Source: Eledone cirrhosa
Taxonomy: Eukaryota
Length of the DNA: 64,000 nt
Assembly: GCA_964016885.1 (NCBI GenBank)
Contig: OZ024742.1
Location: 212,412,001 to 212,476,000 of the forward strand
Direction of reading: 5' to 3'
Shown: piece after piece, positions 57,038 through 64,000 of the stretch
How positions within the stretch are numbered: position 1 is the stretch's first letter
How the letters are laid out: each line of letters begins with the position of its first letter
Position numbers and translations under genes: made by a program
The notes under the pieces: model-generated
What the model was told of the DNA's origin: nothing
What the model saw: the letters and a program-made list of their open reading frames with translations, nothing else
The model's database searches: none

Positions 57038-57600
57038 GAAAGAAACGTCGGCACATTACGTATCAAGGAAGCACTTTGGATCAAACGCCTAGGGCCATAA
57101 TTAAACAACCGATCCGAGAGAAGCAAAATGAGGTGGTTGGTTTAAGTAAACAAACGATGCAGCAATACACGCACACACACACACACACACAAACACAGTA
57201 GCATTCCACCATACGAACATACTACACTGCCAATACAGAGGAACAAGGTAACAACACACGCGCACACACACACACTCAAGCGAGACAACAACACACACAG
57301 ACACACAGTAAAATTCACCAAACAGGCAGAGAATACTATGGACTGACAGCTAGCGCCACCCCACTCCCACAATTGAAAGAACTATTTCGGCCGCTGACCT
57401 CTGCCTAACCGACCCCATTTCACGCGCACGCGTGCTCTGCTGAATACCTCAGATATTCAAAACAACGAACAGCGGAGGACACGTTTCACACCTTTCTGAC
57501 AGATACAATATAGACACAAACACATATATATAGTCTAACAAAGTTCATTCGTTGCACATCTGCAACATCGTCAGTGGTTCTATTAGGTTTCCTCCCCTTG
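57038..57600 (+). mobile_element. Penelope-like ORF 3' end and downstream UTR
   Basis: [24 protein letters not shown] matches the GIY-YIG C-terminal KEAL.I...P.LN motif; degenerate hammerhead core on the minus strand near 57535-57575. Confidence 0.6.
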
Positions 57601-57961
57601 TATTGTATGCCTACACCATCTTTATTTAGTCTGTTTATTTATTTTATTTATTTTTTTCTCTTCTCTGCGCATGCGTTTGCATGTGTGTGTGTAGTATAGT
57701 GTTTGATGTGTGTTCGTGTTTGGGTGACTGTGTATTGGTTATTTTATTCTATCTTAGTTTACTAATGTGTGTTTATATGTGTTTGTTGTTATTGTGCTTG
57801 TGTATGTATTTATTTATTTATACTTCTCTTAGGTCAGTGTTGTTTGTTTGGGTGTTGTGTGTTCTGTTATTAATTCTGGCAATATTATTACACAAATATG
57901 ACCCTCCCCAAGTATAACAGTATTTGTTTCGACATAATTTCATATCAAAAACCTCGCAAAA

Positions 57962-58019
<58 letters not shown>

Positions 58020-58044
58020 CATACATACATATACATATATACAC

Positions 58045-58850
58045 AGACAGTCCACGCTGTAATGTGGCCGTGTAGGTAATACGGTAAAAACCTCCCAGCC
58101 CCACACTGTAAATGTGGTTGGTGTTAGGAAGGGCATCCAGCTGTAGAAAACTCGCCAGACAGTCCTATGCGAGCAAGACAACCACTCTTGCCTCAAGTGG
58201 GAAAACTCCCGTCCAAACCCATGCAAGCGTGGAACATGGACGTTAAACGATGATGATGATAATGATATATACACATACATATACATATATATATATATAT
58301 ACACATACATATATATATATACATATACATATATATATATACACATACATATATATATATATACACATACATATACATATATACACATACATATACATAC
58401 ACACAAATATATATACACATACATATATACATACATATATACATATACATATATACACATACATATATATATATACATAACAGTCAGTAGGCATCTCTAA
58501 CAAAATACACCCCCGTCCCACCACCCCCACCCCATCCACACCGCCCCTTTCAATGTAAAGTTATGTTGGTGCCACAAAATCCAGGCCGAAACAAATGAGG
58601 TCGTGTAGGTGTCACGACAAAAATACACACAGTCCACGCTGTAATGTGACCGTGTAGGCAACACGGTAAAAACCTCCCAGTCCCACACTGTAAATGTGGT
58701 TGGTGTTAGGAAGGGCATCCAGCTGTAGAAAACCCGCCAGACAGTCCTATGCGAGCAAGACAACCACTCTTGCCTCATGTGGGAAAACTCCCGTCCAAAC
58801 CCATGCAAGCGTGGAACATGGACGTTAAACGATGATGATGATAATGATGA
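58045..58850 (+). mobile_element. Two tandem copies of the RTE 3' UTR and tail separated by satellite
   Basis: 58045-58265 and 58478-58850 are near-identical where they overlap and match the reverse complement of 20603-20955. Confidence 0.85.
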
Positions 58851-60599
58851 CACATACATACATACACATATACACATACAAGTATATATATACACATACA
58901 AGTATATATATACACATACATATACATATATACACATACATATATATATATATATATACACATACATATACATACATACACATACATATACATACATACA
59001 CATACATATATACACATACATATACATATATACACATACATATACACACATATATATATATACACACATATATACACATATAAATATATATATACACATA
59101 CATATATATACACATACATATATACACATACATATATATATATATACACATATATACATGCATACATATACATACATATATATACACATGGTGGCTGCCA
59201 ACTCGTTTTCGAGTACGGCCACTACTTTATATCCATGTAGGAGAACCCCTACCGATGCGCTGAACGAGTGTGACTTTTTAGTCCAGCCAGCGACTTGAAA
59301 ACTCTGGTACAAACACTACACTTGTGACAATTATTGACACATAGTGCTGGGCCCATGGTACCATGTGACGACAAGTGCAGAGAGATCTCCAGATATAAAG
59401 CAATGCCTGTGCTGTGAAGCTTTTATAGTGAGCAAAGGCACTGCACAAAGCCAGTCCCACTCTCTTAACCAAGATGATATTTACCAAAAAGAAGAACAAG
59501 TCAACATCATTGGATACCATCAGGGTTGCAGGTGTTATATCAGAGTTTTCCTTCTCCTAGAATTCTGCCTTGACAAAGGCTAAGGGGTCATCTCTCCCAA
59601 TATATATACACATACATACATATAAACATACATACATATATATACACATACATACATATACATATATATACACATACATACATACATATATACATACATA
59701 CATACACATATATATATACACATACATGCACATATATATATACACATACATGCATATGTATACACATACATACATATACGCATACATACATATATATACG
59801 CATACATATATATATATATATATACATACATATATATATATACACACACATACATATACACATACATACACATATATATACACATACATATACACATACA
59901 TACATACATATGCATATATACACATACATACATATATACATACATATGCATATATACACATACATACATATATACACATACATATATATATATACACACA
60001 TACATACACGTATATACACATACATACCTATACACATACATACATATATATATATGTATGCATATCAGACAATGAACCACCACTCAGCGACAACCCAATC
60101 CTTTCTCCACCGAGTAATGCATACATACACACACACACGTAACAGGGAAAACAGATGTTTGAGGATGAGGTGATGGTGATTATTTTATGTCTGCTTTCCA
60201 TGCTATCAAGGATTGGACAGGTTGTCACAGTCCTATATTAAACATGATGGAGAGAGACTTCATTTTGTTCATATATTTCAATTTAGCATGTTTTTTTTGG
60301 CCGGATGTCCTCCTAACACCAACCCCGTGAGAGTGTACTGGGTGCATTCTATCATGACACTGACATCATCTTTGTGTGTTCCGTCAGTACTTAATGGGAT
60401 GGGGTGGGTATTGAGTGAGTTTCATTGTGAGAGAGGTTGTCTTGTCCACAGCAAGCTAAGAGCCCTCCCCATCATATCGTCTCTGATTGCTCAACATATT
60501 TATTTTTAGTGCCCGAAGAAGCAGATTAACAAAAGAAATCAGAACTCTGTTTACACAAGTCCTTTATCAAAAATAACCTGCATGAAACTTAAGTAGCAA

Positions 60600-61130
60600 C
60601 ACAAATCCTAGGTACTATATAAATATCACATCAAACTCTTCTACCAGTAATGAGTTTTTGTCAAGTGTTGAACGTGTTGGATGTTACTTTCCCTATGGAC
60701 AAAGTATGGTTCCATCTCCCAGGTTACTATAATTCACAAAACAGTTGCTGTTGTCCAATAATTTTCAGTTTCCATGAAACATATATATGTGACACAAAAG
60801 TTACAGCTTACATTGTTAACTCCGTTTTCTTTACAGATATAATAAATTGGATAATATTGTTCAGAGAATTGTTTCTGGGTTCATTGGTCAAATGACAAGA
60901 GAAATTGTTCATGGTTTCAACAAGATGGTGTTACTGCACACACTTCTTGTGGCCCCTTTGCTCACCAGATCCTAATCCACCAGACTTTTACCTATGGGGA
61001 GCAGTAAGATCTATTTGAAAATAGCAATAACCACTTATATAGTGTTGGTTCAAAAAAAGAAATGATAGCAGGTCCAAGCTTGTATTGGTGCTAAACGACA
61101 TCCCTTTCAACATTTTGTTTATTGGTTCTA
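60600..61130 (+). mobile_element. Tc1/Tc3-like DDE transposase remnant
   Basis: FPMDKVWFHLPGYYNSQN, WFQQDGVTAHT, WPLCSPDPNPPDFYLWG; deletions and frameshifts. Confidence 0.85.
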
Positions 61131-62880
61131 ACTATTGTGATATGTATGCTAATAAAAATATAACTGTACAATGACTTTCCAAACCCCCTTTTTACTTACA
61201 TACATAAATATACACACACATACACACATGTACAATAGTGTATAGATGGAGGTTATGTTAGACAGTGATTAAAGCATTATCTGATATAGAAATCAACATG
61301 AAATGTAGAATCAAATAGACATAATTTTCATATAAATAGTAACAGTTACTTATAAGTTTCACCCTTATAGCTCTTTCAGAATGTGTAATATAACCAGCAT
61401 GGTGAAAGTTATAGGTAACAATCACTATTGATGATATAAAAAATATGATTGTATATATACATATATATATATATATGTGTGAGTAAAAATGAAAACCAAA
61501 TTTCAATGAATTCTAAGATGGAAGCATTCAGGCCTAAGAGCAATAAAAATAAACAGAGATTCTAGTTTACTAATAAATATTACAGCAATACATGTTTTAT
61601 AAATTCCTTCAGAAATATGTAGCAAAGTGAAATAAATAAAAATGAAATGTAAAATAAGTAAGTCTAATTCAAACCAATAATAAATAATCCAACCAGCTAA
61701 CCAGCCATGTATGGCAGGAATAATAAAATAAAATGAAAAATGAAATAATAAAAAAATGCTATAGTCATGCACTGTCTGAGACAACCAATGGAAAATTTGA
61801 ACTTTAATTATTTGAGTATTCAAAAGTGCAAATTGAAATTGTGCAGGTGCAATTTTATTATTTTACCCACTGAAACAGAATGATATTTCTTTAAAACAAT
61901 TGAGAGCCTTCAATTGAAGCTTTAGAAAACTGTTTTTGGAATAAGCTAAGGAAATAAAGACAGACAAACATTTTAATTGGAAATTATAGAATTAAAAAAC
62001 AACAAAAAAACTTCTATTCTCTTCTTCAACAGGAAAGTAAATGAGATTAAAAAAAACAACAAATCATTGGTACAACAAATACCAAATGTCTATTTAAAAA
62101 CAAAACAAAAAAAACAACAACATTTAAAATCAAACAGCTATAAAATTAAAAGAAATGTGTTATTGAATTATTTTTGAATATGTTACATTTTAAAAAATAC
62201 AACAATAACTTGAAGAAAAGACTGAATAATAAAACAGTTAGAATCTCAAATTGTATGAGACAAAATTTTATCATTTCAGCACAGATGATGTACAGCTGAA
62301 TTGATAACAAATATAATAAAGAAATGAAACTTGCAGAAAAGAAATGAAAACAACTAAGATGTTTGGATTCTCAAATAAACCTATAAGAGGAAAAAAAAAA
62401 AAAGGGGGGCGCAAATTTTCCAATGTGTGCCTCAAAACAGCCGCTTCTTAACATTGATTAGCATTCAACATTGAGGTCATACAAATGAGAATTAAAATAG
62501 TAATGATACCAATATAGAAAATAAAATAGAATAAAATATTATAATAATCTGCCTACATGTAGTAAATCTACTGGGCACTGTTAGATGTTTTAACAGCCAT
62601 ATGTGCTAGAGATAGCTGACAAAAGATGGCTAGCCTCGAAAAAAACATTCAATAGAGGACACAGGCAAATATTTCAATCGGATAAGAGGAAGAAAAGAAT
62701 TATATATATACATATATATATAAATATATATATTCAGGCATATACATACATTTTAGACAACAGGCATTACGCAAAAATAGAAAACTGACATGGGATAAAA
62801 AAAAAAAAGAGCACAGGAGTTGAACGAGCGAGGCATACAAAATTGGGAACAAATTGGTCACATAAGCCAAATAGACTTAC

Positions 62881-62892
62881 CAGTGTTGAACC
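62881..62892 (-). CDS. Candidate 12-nt micro-exon of calcineurin A
   Basis: ttttactggtcag|GGTTCAACACTG|gtaagt; symmetric; 126-nt AG-free, pyrimidine- and TGC-rich upstream tract. Confidence 0.45.
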
Positions 62893-64000
62893 CTGACCAG
62901 TAAAATTGTGAGTGGGCATGCAAAAAGGGTTGCAAGGTGATCCAGATGAAAGAGAAAAATATGGTGCATTAAGGAAATGCATTTGCAAGTAAAGTGCCAA
63001 AAGCAGGGAGAGAGTGATTACTGACAGGTCAATAACATTTTAGATTTGAGGGGGATAAGGAAGTGAAAGGAATAGGGATTTTGTGTTGGGGTTAGTAGAA
63101 TGGGATAAGGGAAACTAACACACTGTTCACTGACTAGGAGAAAAAAAAGAAAAAAATACAGGTGATAGGTATATTTGGTAAAGGTGTTTTAAAACTACTT
63201 TTGACAAATTTTGAGCAGCAAAGAATCCATCAGCTTATGTAAAAATGGAGCTATTTACATCACAATCAAATCCATGTAAGGTTCATTCTGCTTAAGAATG
63301 GAAAGTGTTAAATTATTAATTAAGAATTATTTCTATTCTCATTAGCATTTTGTAGCGGCCAGCAGGAGGTATAATCTCTTGGTCAATTAAAACCACCTTT
63401 TTGTATAGGAAGTAGTGAGGCTAACTATTTTTGATCCAGTAGTCTAGTAATAATACCCAGCAACAACTGAATCATTTTGTCTTTTAACTTCTGTATAATT
63501 CATGTACATTAATGATAGTCCCATGGCATTCGTTAAACTTTATTGAAAATCAAGAAAGTATTTCAATAATATACAGTAAATGAAGGGCGTCTATTTCTGG
63601 TATAATCTTCCTGCAACCTGATAAACACACAAGTGTTTGCTGTTAAAAACTTGACATTATTCAGAAAATTGTTATCAGGGAGATTTTTATTATTATTATT
63701 ATTATTATAGATATAAATCAAGTGAGAGAGAGAGAGAGTTTGTGTGTGTGTGAGAAGAATTTAAAAGTTGAAAATAATACTAAGAAACTAGGTGCATTCC
63801 AAAGCTTTTGAATACACCAATTAAGCTATGTTTATATACAAACCATTAAACAAATTTTAGACGAAAAATAAGAGGAAATTGTCAAAATCTAAAGGCCCAC
63901 TACTTCCTTTTCATTTTAAGGAAAAGAATATAAAGAAACTTTGCATATAATTTAGCTATAGAGCTATGTTTTAAAGGGACAGTTTTGTAGAATTAATAGG

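Noticed and set aside
63575-63620. Possible exon after tgtgtttatcag
   Set aside because: No convincing donor and no calcineurin similarity; the expected VTEMLVNVL exon was not found in the window.

Overview
AT-rich, repeat-dense animal genomic DNA. The SINE families, RTE/Penelope debris and multi-kb TA-rich satellites suggest an octopod cephalopod (inference, no search run). One host gene is recognisable: the 3' half of calcineurin A (PP2B catalytic subunit) on the minus strand. Its exons are 41897-41981 (calmodulin-binding helix), 40395-40492, a 36-nt cassette at 24047-24082 and the terminal autoinhibitory-domain exon at 17247-17374, probably followed by a multi-kb 3' UTR. The phosphatase-domain exons were not found and presumably lie beyond 64000. 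The rest is two decayed Ty3/Gypsy elements with 3' LTRs, RTE-type LINE fragments, Penelope-like remnants, hAT, mariner, Tc1 and piggyBac-like fragments, SINEs, a U2 fragment, an 18S rRNA fragment fused to a SINE, and satellites. The best leads are: (i) hammerhead ribozymes and near-perfect fold-back repeats, one carrying a ribozyme on both strands; (ii) candidate micro-exons and alternative last exons that would remove the autoinhibitory domain; (iii) the rRNA-SINE chimera. Most long ORFs in the track are microsatellite artefacts.
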